A stretch of 63,179 bases of DNA, the filler included, from Reticulomyxa filosa (lineage: Eukaryota > Protista > Foraminifera), in the NCBI GenBank assembly GCA_000512085.1. It is 24 parts of 24 records of this genome, joined end to end, with 100 filler letters (N's around TTAATTAATTAA, not from the genome) between each part and the next. Parts side by side here need not be neighbours in the genome. Positions count along the whole stretch, not along the records: positions 11,551 to 12,975 come from ASPP01038019.1; positions 13,076 to 18,089 come from ASPP01022593.1; positions 18,190 to 24,357 come from ASPP01022148.1; positions 24,458 to 29,195 come from ASPP01021097.1; 20 more parts are not named here. The stretch is one strand, 5' to 3'. Positions within the stretch are counted from its first letter, which is position 1; each line of letters starts with the position of its first letter. The notes below the pieces were generated by a model. It was not told where the DNA came from and made no database searches. It saw nothing but the letters and a program-made list of their open reading frames with translations. Shown here in pieces: positions 12,369 through 25,535 of this stretch. The translations under genes and the position numbers were made by a program.

Positions 12369-13075
12369 GGCTAAAGTGAGTGTATGTGATCATTAACAGT
12401 TTGTAATATCTATTTATTTTGACGAAACATAAATAAATTGTATTGTATGAAACTGATGATAAAAAATAATAATAAAAATATTCTTCAATATTGAAACAGG
12501 ATTCTTCAAATAAAATTTAGAATGATTTACGATCTTGATAAAATTATTATGAAATACAGTAGAAGAAATCATCTAGAAGTTCAAGATAATTATGACATGA
12601 CTTTTTACTTCTCTTTGTGTTATTATCAAATTTTTTAATTAAATATGTTAATATTCTTAAAAATGAACTACATTAAGTCTATTTTACAAAAGTTTTTGAT
12701 GTTCTTTCACGCAACTGATGTAAAGTATGTAAAGGTTTGTCAACGAACTATACATATTTCTTTCCTAAAATGAAGTCCAATCTTTGCAAGAACACAATCA
12801 CAATGATATCGTTGCAAGAGCATTTATTACCAAAGTAGTACTCCTGGTTTTCCTCACGAGTCAAGGGTTCATTGAACAATCTCAATCAATTGGTTAATCT
12901 CTTTTTCAACTAATCACACCTTACACTTTTGAACGTGCAAAAAATACATAGACCATATTAACGGATTTTTGTTATNNNNNNNNNNNNNNNNNNNNNNNNN
13001 NNNNNNNNNNNNNNNNNNNTTAATTAATTAANNNNNNNNNNNNNNNNNNNNNNNNNNNNNNNNNNNNNNNNNNNN

Positions 13076-14043
13076 TGCTAATGCTAATGCTAATGCTAAT
13101 GCTGCTGAACAAAAAGAGGCACGTGATACACATATCTCCGATTCAATCCATTCACCCACTCCCAAACATGATCCATTACATCTCACCACTACTGCTACTA
13201 CTCCTCTTCATTATCTTAGCAACAAGCTTGGCAGTGACGATGAACACATTGCCGACACGCGTCCCGCTATCGATTCCAACCAACATGCGCACGGTGTTAA
13301 ACATGCACTTGTTGACAACTTGTCTGTACAGAGTGACAGTAGCAATCATCATCATCATGGTGGTGATAATAATAATAATAACAACAATAATCAACATGCA
13401 CAATCTCAACCCAAAGATGATGACTCGTTTCGAATGACTGTGGACTCCCCTCACGAAAGTGACTTCCTCGAGCGAGACAATATCCGCAAATCCGTCGATC
13501 ACAAACGCGTTTCCGAAAAAAAAAACACTACGCAAAAGCCCTTGGCTGAACCCATCGGTTCGCTTCAATGTCTACTTTTACAACTTTTTCTACACACATA
13601 CTCATGTACATACTGTTGTTATACGTACTTTTTTTTTTTTTTTTTTGCGTCTGCTTGCGTGTTGAAACATGTTCATTTGACTCTCTTGCAATATATTCAT
13701 ATAATATATACATAATAATGTAAACACAGAAGATTCATTTAACATGGATATTGACTCGGACCGACATAACTCGCACACGATAAGCGACAGAAAAACTCCC
13801 CAAGCAATGAAAGACGATGTCATCTCCGTCTCTTTCCCCAACGACGCCAACGCAAAAAAGGATGTCAAGTCCTTGGAACTGATGACCACTCCGACATCCG
13901 ATCCCGAAGACAACTTTGATGTGGAGAGGGAAGACTCGGATGAACTTCGGCGCGACAATAAAGCAAGTGCTGAAGGCAACAACCCAAAACACACTGAACC
14001 AAGAGCATCAACAAAGAAGAGCAATCATTACAATGATAATGGC

Positions 14044-14086
<43 letters not shown>

Positions 14087-15167
14087 GCAATGACAATGAT
14101 AATAATAATAATAATGCCTCAAGTTTACCAACAATCTCTGCATCGAACTCGGAAAAGAATGCACGACAGCCAAAGCACTACGATAGCAGCAACGAAGTGT
14201 ATCATCATGAGGCTCATCAAATGTCAGACTTGTTAGAAAAGGCCATCTACAAATATGGGTCCTTGTCCGATTTGGAGAAGATTATCGAAACTGAGGACGA
14301 CAATGTAACTCGAAAACAAAATCAACAGCAGCAACAACAAAACACTAAACAAAATAAAAAAGGCGGAGTCATTTCAGATGATGAAAACGAGGTAACTCCT
14401 TCTCTGTCATTTCGTTGTTGTTGTTGCTGTTGTTGTTTTTTAGGCAATGACTGATATGTTACTTAATTGAAAGAGAGAGGAGCAAGGAGAAAAAAAACAA
14501 AAACAAAAACAAAACAAAAAAAAAAAGTAAATTATATCAACTGTTTTTATGTTTTGTTTTGATTGATTGACTGATTGATTTGCAATCATCACACCCAGTC
14601 AGACGACACAGAAGATGATATATTGTATGAACAACGCGAGGCAATTGTCAATAAATGGATGAGCTCCAAACAAGAGACAGATGATCAATCGGGACAAAAT
14701 AACAATAATGCATCCTCACCACCCGAAACGTCTTCCGTTACGACTGAACCAGCAACGCAAAAAGCATCGCCAGGTCTTCCTCAACCGCCAAAGAGAAATA
14801 AACAGCCTCAAGTTTTTGATTCTATCTTTTTCATTTATTTTTATTTTTATTTTTATTTTTTATTTTTAAGATGAATAAAAAATTATGTTTTGTTTTACTA
14901 CATGCAACTTTTTTAAATTTTTTTTTCAAGGTACCACAATCCAAGGAATTCACGCTGGAAGAAACTCAACAAAGTCTGTTAGCAAATCAAAACATAATCA
15001 GAATGCTGGTAACGGAAATGAAGGGTCAAGCATCATTTGTCGCCCAGCAAAATGTTTTGATTATTCAATTGAATGGAAATCCCACAAGTGGTACTTGGGA
15101 TTTTGTTGAAAGTACCATTCGCAAACATATCGGACCATTGATTCCAGTCCAACCGAACAATGTTTAA
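13076..15167 (+). CDS. Asn/Gln-rich low-complexity hypothetical protein, 3' part
   Basis: Collinear exons (13076-~13560, ~13730-14390, ~14600-14810, 14931-15167) with poly-N/Q tracts and a small globular C-terminus. Confidence 0.6.
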
Positions 15168-15792
15168 ACTGAATTGTCTGGAAGAACGTTGCAAAAAAAA
15201 GTATGGCATTTTTCTGTTTAACAGAACAGATTTTGACTTTTTTTTTTTATCTCTTTCTTCTTGTTGATTGATAATTTAGACTTGATCCTAAAGTCTTTCT
15301 TTTTTATTTGTTTATAGTTTTTTTTTTCTCTATTCTCAACATATAACCATTTGCCATTGGATCAACCCAATTCAAGTAAAAATGGTGCTCGCAACTGTGC
15401 TTTCGAGCGGTAGTTAAGAGGGTTGCTTTACTATCTGCTTTGTGGGATACAAAAATATTAATCTGATACAAACTATGCATTGAATTTAAAGCGGGTCATT
15501 TGTGTGTACGTGTATAAACTTAAAGATTGAGGATTATGAACAACTCCTTGCTATCAACTTGATAAACTAGTAAACTTAAAAAGCGCCTAAAAAGAAAAAA
15601 GCTTTTGTTCTCTTTGTTGGGGATACTTTTACAAAATTACTTGATCATCTTCTATCTGATAAATCTAAATCCGGATATTGTCTTGCAAAATATCCGAAAC
15701 TAGGGTTAGTTTGAATACCAAAAAAAAAAAATTTCTCACCCCAAAAACAAAAAAAAACGAACTGAAAGCTGCCGTTTTAGCAATCCGCTTTT

Positions 15793-18057
15793 CTACACTT
15801 GAATGCGGAGTAATTGATAACTTCTCCTGTCTGCATAGCTTCCAAAATACTCTTTTTGATCACAATTGGCATGAATGTTTTTGTTATCAAAATCGGGGTG
15901 ATAATGTTTCAGGACGTGCTTTGTCAACACCTTGCAGATCAAGCACGAAAATTCTTGCACATAGATGATATCACAAATTTGAATCGAACCTAAGGTTCTC
16001 AAATCACAAAACACCCCAAGCCTTGAAGTAAGGTTGGCAGAACACTGAGTTGCCAAAAACAGCACTGGCAAATACTTGAAACAAACATATAGTCGATTGC
16101 GCTCATCAAAAGCAAAAGTGGATATGTTCAATGCGCTTGTGCAAAGAGTGCCATCACCCAAGCAAGGTTGCAAAGTATGCAATTGCGATACTTGGAACAA
16201 AATGGAAGTAGTAACAGCCATATCCGAGCCAGAAGACACACTAATGCCCAAAATGATTTGAGAGTAGTCCAACAACACAAATAATTTTTGTTGGATTTGG
16301 GAATAATAAAAGATTGAAGGAATTTGATTTTCCTCCAATTTCTCATAAATCGGATAAAACCAAGAAGTACCACGAATCGCATAAATTACAATGGTTTTTA
16401 TTTCTTTCAGAGATTTTCTCGTCACTAGAAAATCATATTTTTGGCCTGTGCAATACCTAATAATAACAACAAAAAAAGCATTCAAGAGAAAAATGAATAA
16501 ACAAATATATACCATATATGTATATATATAATTTTATTTTTTTTATTAAGATATTGCAAAAAAAATTTAACTTGACATCATCAGATATAAAAATGGAATT
16601 CGGACCCGAAGAGTGCAAGATCACGGAGCCTCCACTCAAAATGTTTTTGAATTCCACTCCATATCTTCCCATTTCTTTGATCCAAATTCCGGGTTGGTGC
16701 CTGTCCAAGGAAAGGTTCGGCACGAGTTTGGTTTTTTCACAAACCTGATCGATCCACAGTCGTCTCACATTTGGCAATACGTCTGTCGTCACCTCTTTTT
16801 TAATAGTAAAGCGGGAAATGGCCAGTTCCAAGTGATATATTTTCAGCTTTCCTTGGGCATTCAATATAACTAGAATAACTCCATTGGTTTCTTCGTTTCA
16901 ATCAAGAATAAAAAAACAAACAAAAAAGAGCTGATTATTTGTATCTTTTCATTTTGGAGTACGTATCCCAACTTTGAAGTGACGTGGAATTGGAAAAGGA
17001 GGCCGGAAAGAGAGCCAGACAATAGACTCCAGCTTCGGGAACACGAGAGGACAAAGAACTCCAATTCAAGTCATTAGCCAAATGAGAAACGGGCAAGAAG
17101 CGTGACAACAAATACACTTCGGAGATCATCTGTGGAGAGGCATGGAGGCCTCCCCATGAGGGCACTTGTGTATCCCTCGTGCAAGACAATATATCCACCG
17201 CACCAATGTCGCGAATACTTTGTACGCCAAAGGCATACTCGATAATCTCTTGCAAAAACGAATGAAATGTGGTCAAAATCCCAAATGTTTCACATAATGC
17301 TTTCATTAATGTAAACGTGAAAAACGGCATTTTCGAATGATGCAATACATAGTCTCCACTTTCGTCATTTTCTTCAAGCCATTTGTCCAACGAATGCATC
17401 GGACACGTAACCAGTCCCTTTCGTTGTTGTTGTTGTTGTTGTTGTTGTTCTTTTTGCTCTCGCTCCGAATTGCCACACACAATCACATAAAATTGATAGA
17501 TACTCTCCAAGTGATACCAGTGTCTGTGTTCTATCGCTTTCCATTTGTTTTCAATCACAAAAAAATTCACAATCGAATTGGCTCCCATTGTCTCCACTTC
17601 ATTCAATGCGATCGGATAGTTGCCATTTTTCAACTCTTCTTTTTCATCTCTCTTTGGCTCTCTTTTTCAATTTTGCGTGGTACGTATACATACACATATA
17701 CACAGCGTTGTTAAAGAATATAGTAGTATACGTAAAAAAAAAAAAAAAAAGAAGGTGTAAGTGATTATGTGCACACAAAACAGTAAGGCGCTGCATTGAT
17801 AAGGAAAGCGCGTGGTAGAGAAAGCGTTGTGTTGCAAGGCAAAAATAGCTTGCTTCACGTTTTCGGCAAATGGTTCAATACAGCGAAGCTGAGACCGCTG
17901 GTCATCATCATCTCCCCGTTCCCACACGATAAAAGGCCGAAGCAAACCATGTTCGGATAGCTGGCAATCCAAAGACACTCCAATTTTTTGTGGCATTCTG
18001 TAAACATTGGTATTTCCATTCTCATCCTCATTATCATTATCATCCTCATTACCATTA

Positions 18058-18061
<4 letters not shown>
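15793..18061 (-). CDS. Multi-exon hypothetical protein
   Basis: Consecutive minus-strand ORFs (17667-17996, 16935-17633, 16457-16864, 15793-16515) separated by intron-like tracts. No domain recognised. Confidence 0.6.
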
Positions 18062-18089
<28 letters not shown>

Positions 18090-18256
18090 NNNNNNNNNNN
18101 NNNNNNNNNNNNNNNNNNNNNNNNNNNNNNNNNTTAATTAATTAANNNNNNNNNNNNNNNNNNNNNNNNNNNNNNNNNNNNNNNNNNNNATAATTTTTTT
18201 TTTTTTTTTTTTTTTTTTTTGATGCAAAAAAAAAATAATGAATGGTATTAATGTAG

Positions 18257-21200
18257 ACGGAAACAACCAAACTGTTGATGCGATATTTGGCAATGACGGC
18301 GCCATCCACATCGATGGAAACGTCGATTGTAGAGGAGCAAATAATTGCAGCGAGTCCGATATTGGAAGCGTATGGGAATGCAAAAACCGTGATGAACAAT
18401 AACAGCAGTCGTTTTGGCAAATTCACCAAATTGCTGTACAATGTCCCCGAGAAAGCCAAACAAGGACACATTCTGGGAGCATACTTGGAAACTTATTTGC
18501 TGGAAAAATCTCGAGTGGTTTTCCAAGCCAACCATGAGCGCAACTATCACATTTTTTACTTTTTACTCAAAGGTATACGTATATATGTACACATATACGT
18601 GTATGTACTTTTTTCTCCTTTGGCGCAAGCACATAAAAAGAATGTGTTGATAAAAAATATGTGTGCGGGGGGGGGGAAAAAAAAAAAGGTCTTGGTGAAG
18701 AACAGTTAAAGAATTACCATTTGACAAAAGCGAAAGACTTTTGGTATACGAAACAAGGAGGCGCCGACGAAATAGTTGGCATGAGTGACAGAGAGCGATT
18801 TGAAGAGTTGGTCGAGTCCATGAAAATGATGAGAATTGACAGCGAAATGACAGGACTGTGGGCCATTGCGGCTGGGATTTTAAATTTGGGTAACGTTGAG
18901 TTTAAAAGGGAGGGCGATGGATTTGCAAGCATTTCAGACGGAAGTCTGATCAAGAAAGTGGCAGAGTTATGGGGGATCACTGATAAAGGTAATCATAGAC
19001 ACATATGTATATGTACATATATACATATATTATGGATATGTATACGTATGTATGTATAATAAGTGGTATTGGGAAAAAAAAATGTACAAATAGCCTTGGC
19101 AGAGCGACTGACAACATCGACAATGGTAGTGATGAAAAAAAATATAATAAAGAAACAGACATTTGATGAAGTTTATAAAAATCGCGACTCAATTGCGAAA
19201 GGTTTTTATGAGCAATGCTTTTTATATTTATGTGAGCGAATCAACGCGGAACTGGTTGAAATGGACGATGCGAAAAACGACGAAGACGAGCCAAGCGCGA
19301 AGTCGCAGTTGTTCATTGGTATTTTGGATGTATTTGGGTTTGAGAACTTTTTTGTGAATTCTCTGGAACAATTTTGTATCAACTTTGCAAACGAAAAGTT
19401 ACAAGAGTTTTTCAATTATCATATCATTTGCAGCGAGCAGGAGGAGTACATGCAAGAGTCTCTACTTTGGAGGCCATTGCAAATTCCGTCCAATCACTTA
19501 TACATTGAAATGGTGGAAGACCAAGCCAAAGGCTTCTTTGTGCTCTTGGACGGCAGCTGCAGAGCGCCGCAGCCGACGGTGGAGGCATTTATGCAAGAGT
19601 TTATGAAAGTTCATGGCAACAACCCGACCGTCCGCGCTGCCAAAGGGCCAGGAGGCAATGCCCGCGGTACGTCCAAGAGTACAAAAGGTTCTACGTCAAA
19701 GGAAAAGTTTTTCGGCTTCACCGTAAACCACTTTGCGGACACCGTTACGTACGATGCAAAGTACTTTTTAATTAAAAACAATGAGGCTATTCATTCCGAC
19801 ACTGCCAAGCTGTTGGCCAAGTCTACCAACCCTTTAATCCAACATGTATCCCAAATTGGCATTAATGAAGTTTAATTCATTCAAACAAATGGAAATTCAT
19901 ATGTGTCCATTATATACGTATATATACACTTTTTATTTTTTATTTTTTAATGCACCCCTCCCTTTTTCTAGAGATCCGGACAAAAAAAATTAAGTGTGAC
20001 TGGAATGTTCCATAAAGGCATTAAAACATTAATGAAGAACTTGAAACAAACTGGTATGTTTACACATTTCCAAAACGCAATTCTTGTTTATATTAACAAA
20101 AACAACAAACAAACAAACAAACAAAAAAAGAGCCGTTCTTTGTACGATGTGTCAATCCCAATCGCACGAAAAGTCCAACGGACTGGGACGAAGAGGTGGT
20201 CGAAGGACAACTGCGTTCGGGAGGTCTAGTAGAAGCGCTGAAGGTGTTGGCGCTGGGTTATCCAACGCGCGTTCCTTACCGCATTTTGTATGAAAAATAC
20301 CATTCGTCAATTACCAACCCGCTGATTCGCGATATGGAACCAGAGTCCTTTTCCACGGCCCTGTTAATCGCCTTTGACGTGAGCGAAGATGACTACGAAC
20401 TAGGACTGACCAAAATATTTTTCAAGCCGGCCAAGGCGGCTGTGTTGGACACGATCATGACGCAAGCCGGGCACCCGCTGTCTGCTGAGCAAAATGCCAA
20501 AATCACCAAATGGGTAGTTCAAACACGCCTCAAACAAATGGTGGGGACCGCAAAGGCATTTTTGCAACTGCGCCACGGGGTTCGGTTGGCGCGTGCGGCC
20601 AAAAACTGGGAGCACGTTGGTCGTGTCTCTTCTTTGTTGGCGTTTAGTCTGGGCCGCCATTTACACATGGCACGAAAGAACATTTTGCAACGCAAACGAA
20701 ACGAAAGTGCACAAGTCATTCAGACGTTCTTCCGCAGCACATTTGAGTGCTCCAGACATCGAAAGCGTATTATCAAATTCAAAAAAGCATCCAAAATGGT
20801 TTGGATTTCGTATCGGCGATGGAACGAAAGAAAAGCTTTTCAGAGTTGGCTGGATGCCAGGGTTGCCGAAACAAGAAAGCAGAAACTCACAACACTTAAT
20901 TTCACAACAAATAACAAAGTGGATGAACAAAAAGAACAACAACGCTTAGAAGAAGAGCGTGAAAAATTAATTGAAAAAGAGCTGGAGATACAACGCGCTC
21001 AACAAGAAAAAGAACGCAAACGCCTTGAGGAAGCCAGAGAAAAACTTTCCATCACTGCAGAGAGGATTGACAAGCAAAAACAAAAGGAAAAAGACGATGA
21101 AGCTGCTACTGCAAGAGCAGAACGTGAGGCGTCCATCAAGTTAAAAAGGAATCTGATAAAAGAACAGGAAATAACTCGAAGACAAGAGGATGACGAGAAA

Positions 21201-22375
21201 CATATTCGCGAAAATTTCCCAGAGAGATTTAAGAATGAAGAGGATGATAATAATGAAAGTAGTGAACATAAAAAAAGGGGGCAACGTTCTAGAAATAAAA
21301 AACGAACTAACAAAAAGCAAAAAAAGAACGAGGGAAATGATGACAACAAAGAAAAAGAAGACGACGAAATGGTAGAAGAAAACGAAGATGAACTACCGAT
21401 TTTAAACGTCAAACAGCAATTACCCTTGTTTTCAAAAATAGCGGCGATAGGTCAGCTGTTTTTAAAACACACAGGCAGCAGACGAAGACGACCTCAAGAT
21501 CGAATTGTCAAAATAAAATTTGACAGCAATGCAGCTCCCAAGCAAATATCATGGGGAGGTGGATCTAGACACATTGCGTTTGAGGACATATTGTACATTG
21601 CGTGGGGTCATTGGACACCAGCGTTCCAAGAAAGAAAAGAGTGCCTCGATCCGAAATTGTGCTTCAGTATTGTCGGCAAGACACAAATACTAGATTTGGA
21701 GGCACAAAGTAAAGAAATGGCAGAGTTATGGGTGAAAGGATTGAGGAAGCTTATAGCACAAACAAATGAAGAAGCAGAGAAACTTTGCGAACAAGGTTTG
21801 CAAAATGCAAACTTGGGAGAAGAGTCGCAGTCGAAAAAAAGTAAGAATGCCAAGAACAATAACGAACAAAAAAGGTATCCAATGCACGTCATACAAGTAC
21901 AACAAGACCTCTTCCTCATGACGACCATGAGTGTATTTCGAACTTTGCAAGAGGAGCGAATTTGGGATATTGACCAATCGGTGAAGGACAGATTCGATCC
22001 CAAAATCTTGTACGAAGAAGCCCTGCGTCAGGATATATCTTGGAGGCAATGGAACAAGTGGATACGTGACATGGTTGTATGTTATTTGATTGAGAATAAT
22101 CGTATGATTGCATTGCCATCGTCAGCACCAACTACAAATCAATCTGTGTTGCCAATCCAATATGTACGTTTTTTTTTTTTTGGTTTTTTTGCTGCACTAT
22201 TGTTTATTTAAAAATTAAAAAAAATAAACAGAGTCAACAAGTGAGACCTTCTGTGGTCAATCTCGAACAACCTGCTGTGATGATCCTTCCAACTTGTTCT
22301 CTTCCGACTCTATCTGCTCCAACACGAGTCCCGAGCACACAACTGAATCCACAGGAACGTTGCTGTTTGATGTGA
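18257..22375 (+). CDS. Unconventional myosin heavy chain: motor, IQ, coiled coil, PH-domain tail (5' truncated)
   Basis: [68 protein letters not shown], an E/K-rich coil, and PH motifs [17 protein letters not shown]. Confidence 0.95.
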
Positions 22376-23581
22376 ATAATATACAACTTGGTATATTTTT
22401 TATAAGGAGTAAGTATTTTGTATTGTGTTGCGTTTGTTGGGTTTTGAATCTTTGCTTTCCTTTCCTTTTGTTTCATTGGAATTGCTCAAAGATTGGAGAT
22501 AAGAAACTTTCCTTTTCTTGTCATCACATTTAAGATTTTTTTGTATCAAATCCATTTCAATTTTTTTTGTATCTTTGGTTTGGTACTAATTTTCATATTA
22601 TGCTGACGGGTCAACATACTGTAAAAAGTACTTCTTCTTAAAACCTTTGATAGGTTATAAAGGAAGTTCGAGATCATTAAGTGTAATACGAATGAATATT
22701 CTTTGGTTTGCGCTTGGCTATTTTTCATTATTTAATTTACTCAAAGAAAACAAGAAAAAGCAAAGAGTGCAAAGAAGTTCCTAAGTTTAGTGGACAGATA
22801 GTTTTGAAAGTATTTCTTTTTTTTAAAAAAATAAAACATTGGATTACTTCCTTATGGAATGGTATTCAAATGTTTTGACGATTCTGCTTTTTTCTTTATG
22901 TCGATAAATTTGATCTTTTTTTTGTTTATTTATCTAAAAAATATTATATAAGAAGAAGTAAAATTCTTAACTAAATCTTTCAATATTAATGTTTTATGTT
23001 ATGCTAACTACATATTCAATTGAATTGGTGTGCTAATCATTTTATGAAGTGTATCAACTATGTTTTATCGATTTAAAGTATTATGTGATCTTATCAATCA
23101 CTTTTTTTTACTTCCAGTGTTTACACAAAACAACCTAGGAGTCCAACTTTGGACTATTTTCTTTCAAGTTTTTTTAGGTGTTGCTACCAAGGTATTCGGA
23201 TCTCTGAAGATACTTTCTTGCTTGATTTCTGTTGAATCACAAATTCAAAAGAAACCGCACACCAAATGTATGTTTTTGCTTCGCTCCAGTGTACTTTACT
23301 TTGGTGTGCTTTCGTTTTGGATAAGAGAATGAGTATGAGAACAAACAAGTAATCTTTGGCTTACTCTTTTAACATGCACAAAACTAGTCTTGTTAATTTT
23401 GATTTGTGCAAAGTTTGTTGTTCAAACAAAAAGGTTAATACAAGTTTGTTCAACGACTTGATAAAAATATTCATTTTCATTTTTTCGAATAAAATTTTAA
23501 TTTTCACACAAAAATTATAAAGATAATAACTGATATATCATATACTAATGTATTATGATATATATAATTTCAAAAAATATT

Positions 23582-23651
23582 GTCCGTGTGGCCCAATGGT
23601 AAAGGCAGCTATTAACTGAAGAGATTGCAGGTTCAAATCCTGCCACGTACT
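23582..23651 (+). pseudogene. tRNA pseudogene (Arg-like body)
   Basis: A-box TGGCCCAATGG, intact T-arm GCAGG-TTCAAAT-CCTGC and a 6/7 acceptor stem. The anticodon arm is about 3 nt short and unpaired. Confidence 0.75.
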
Positions 23652-24457
23652 AAATAATATTTTTTTTTTTATTGCGAATAACTGGATCATATAGAATAAA
23701 TAAATAAAAGTATATTATGCAAGATTTGTAGTGTTAATATGATTTGCTTTTATTGAAGAAGTAAAAAAAAAAAAAAAAAAATCATTTTCACATATTCTCA
23801 TGCAAAGCTTCAGAGCTAGGTGTATGAGAAAATGTGACTAGTATTGACAACATCATAGTGCTATGTCAGGTTTTTGTACTTTCCTAACAACATGCAAACA
23901 CCTTACCATTCGGAAAGAATACATGATCTTTCATGAAATCAAGAATTCGATAAAAGGAGAAATTTCGCATAACCAGGTTATCAATGATTATAGATTCGCC
24001 AAGATGTTATTAAGTCTTTTTTTTCCTAAATTTAGTTTGTAATTTTTTTGTTATGAAATTTTTTGGAGATTTTGAGATAGTAGCACGTTGATACAAATCT
24101 AACGATACTTTCCTTTAAGCGAGTTGTTTGTGGTCGGTTGGAATAAATTCCTCGCTGCGTTCAGATTGTTGAAAATTAGCAAATTTTTTAATGATCTTTT
24201 AGTTCTATGTAAATTTTAGTTAGAAAAAAAAGACATAGTGTTCAATTTGGTGTCATAATTTGTCCGTTTAACAACCTTTTCAATTTATTTACGTTTTTTA
24301 TAGTTAGGCTATGTCACTTTGGGGCGGGGTCCTATAACAATTCTTCTAAAAAAAAAANNNNNNNNNNNNNNNNNNNNNNNNNNNNNNNNNNNNNNNNNNN
24401 NTTAATTAATTAANNNNNNNNNNNNNNNNNNNNNNNNNNNNNNNNNNNNNNNNNNNN

Positions 24458-25183
24458 CCACTTCTGATTCGTGGCGTGATAAACTGTGCTCGACCGTTTT
24501 TGAAAAGCAAAATGCGTGAGCGGATCATCTCCGTGAAATCGGGACCTGCTTTGTGGAAACTCGTGGAGAAAGATCAAGTGCCTTCATACGTCGGTGGCAC
24601 CTTTGGCGAAGACAATGACGGAAGCTATCCGACTACTGCCTGGCAGTTTGTCGTCAGCAAGGTCAGTGGAGATCTGCCCGATTTGGCTGTGAAGTCGACT
24701 CGGAAAAAACAAAAGTCAAGTGATGAAAGAGACAGTGTCGTCATTGACGACGATGTTGAATGGCTGCGCCAAAAAAGAGCGCCCAAACATGGTAATTTTC
24801 ATTTTGGTGTTGGTTTTAATGTGTGTGTGTCACAATGTTTTTTGTTGTGTTAAAATGGGTCAACACACACATACACTTTTCAAGAATCACAAAAAGCTTC
24901 CGCGACAAGAGAAGAGTCTATCATTCGGTCTGCGTGGATGATTCCTCCTAAGGCCGCTGACAGTTATGTTTGCTTGCTTTTGGTCCTTTTAAACTTGATT
25001 TGTTTGTTTACTCTTGCTTTTTTTTTTAAAAAATTTTGTTTAGCGCCCGCCGATGCTGCAGACCTATCTTCGTCAGCTTTAGCCATAATGCAGAGTGTTG
25101 ACGAAGCTTTGGAAGTGAAATCGCCAAAAAAATTGCAGCCACGTGATGGAAACAATGACGCTACTGAAGAAAAACAACAGTGA
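24458..25183 (+). CDS. CRAL-TRIO (Sec14-like) lipid-binding protein, 3' part
   Basis: RPFLKSKMRERI...VEKDQVPSYVGGT is the CRAL-TRIO C-terminal signature. Two further exons follow. Confidence 0.8.
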
Positions 25184-25535
25184 CATTTGAATGGAGCGAA
25201 AATCTTTTTTTAAAAAAAAATAAAATGTATTTGTATGGGAAAACAGGCCAGAAAATAATTTTTTTTTTCTGAATAATCGCGTTTGTGACTTTTTGTTGAA
25301 CAGTCTTAATGGCACTAGACAGTGGCCAACAAATTGGGGGGGGGGAAACAATTGAGAAATTTTTTTTTTTTTTCGTCAATTTTTCCTGTTTTCTGTTGTT
25401 TTTGATATCTCAGTCTGAATCGTGTTCTCAGCTTATCTTTTTTATTCCGACCATCTCTTCTTATTAAAAAAAAAAAAATGAGATACGAAGGACTTCCTAA
25501 ACTAGATTGTACAAAAAAATAAAAATCTAATGCTC

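Noticed and set aside
13865-14236. Overlapping poly-Y/poly-I ORFs (also ITIT/VIVI at 55833-56156)
   Set aside because: These are shadow frames of microsatellites within real exons.
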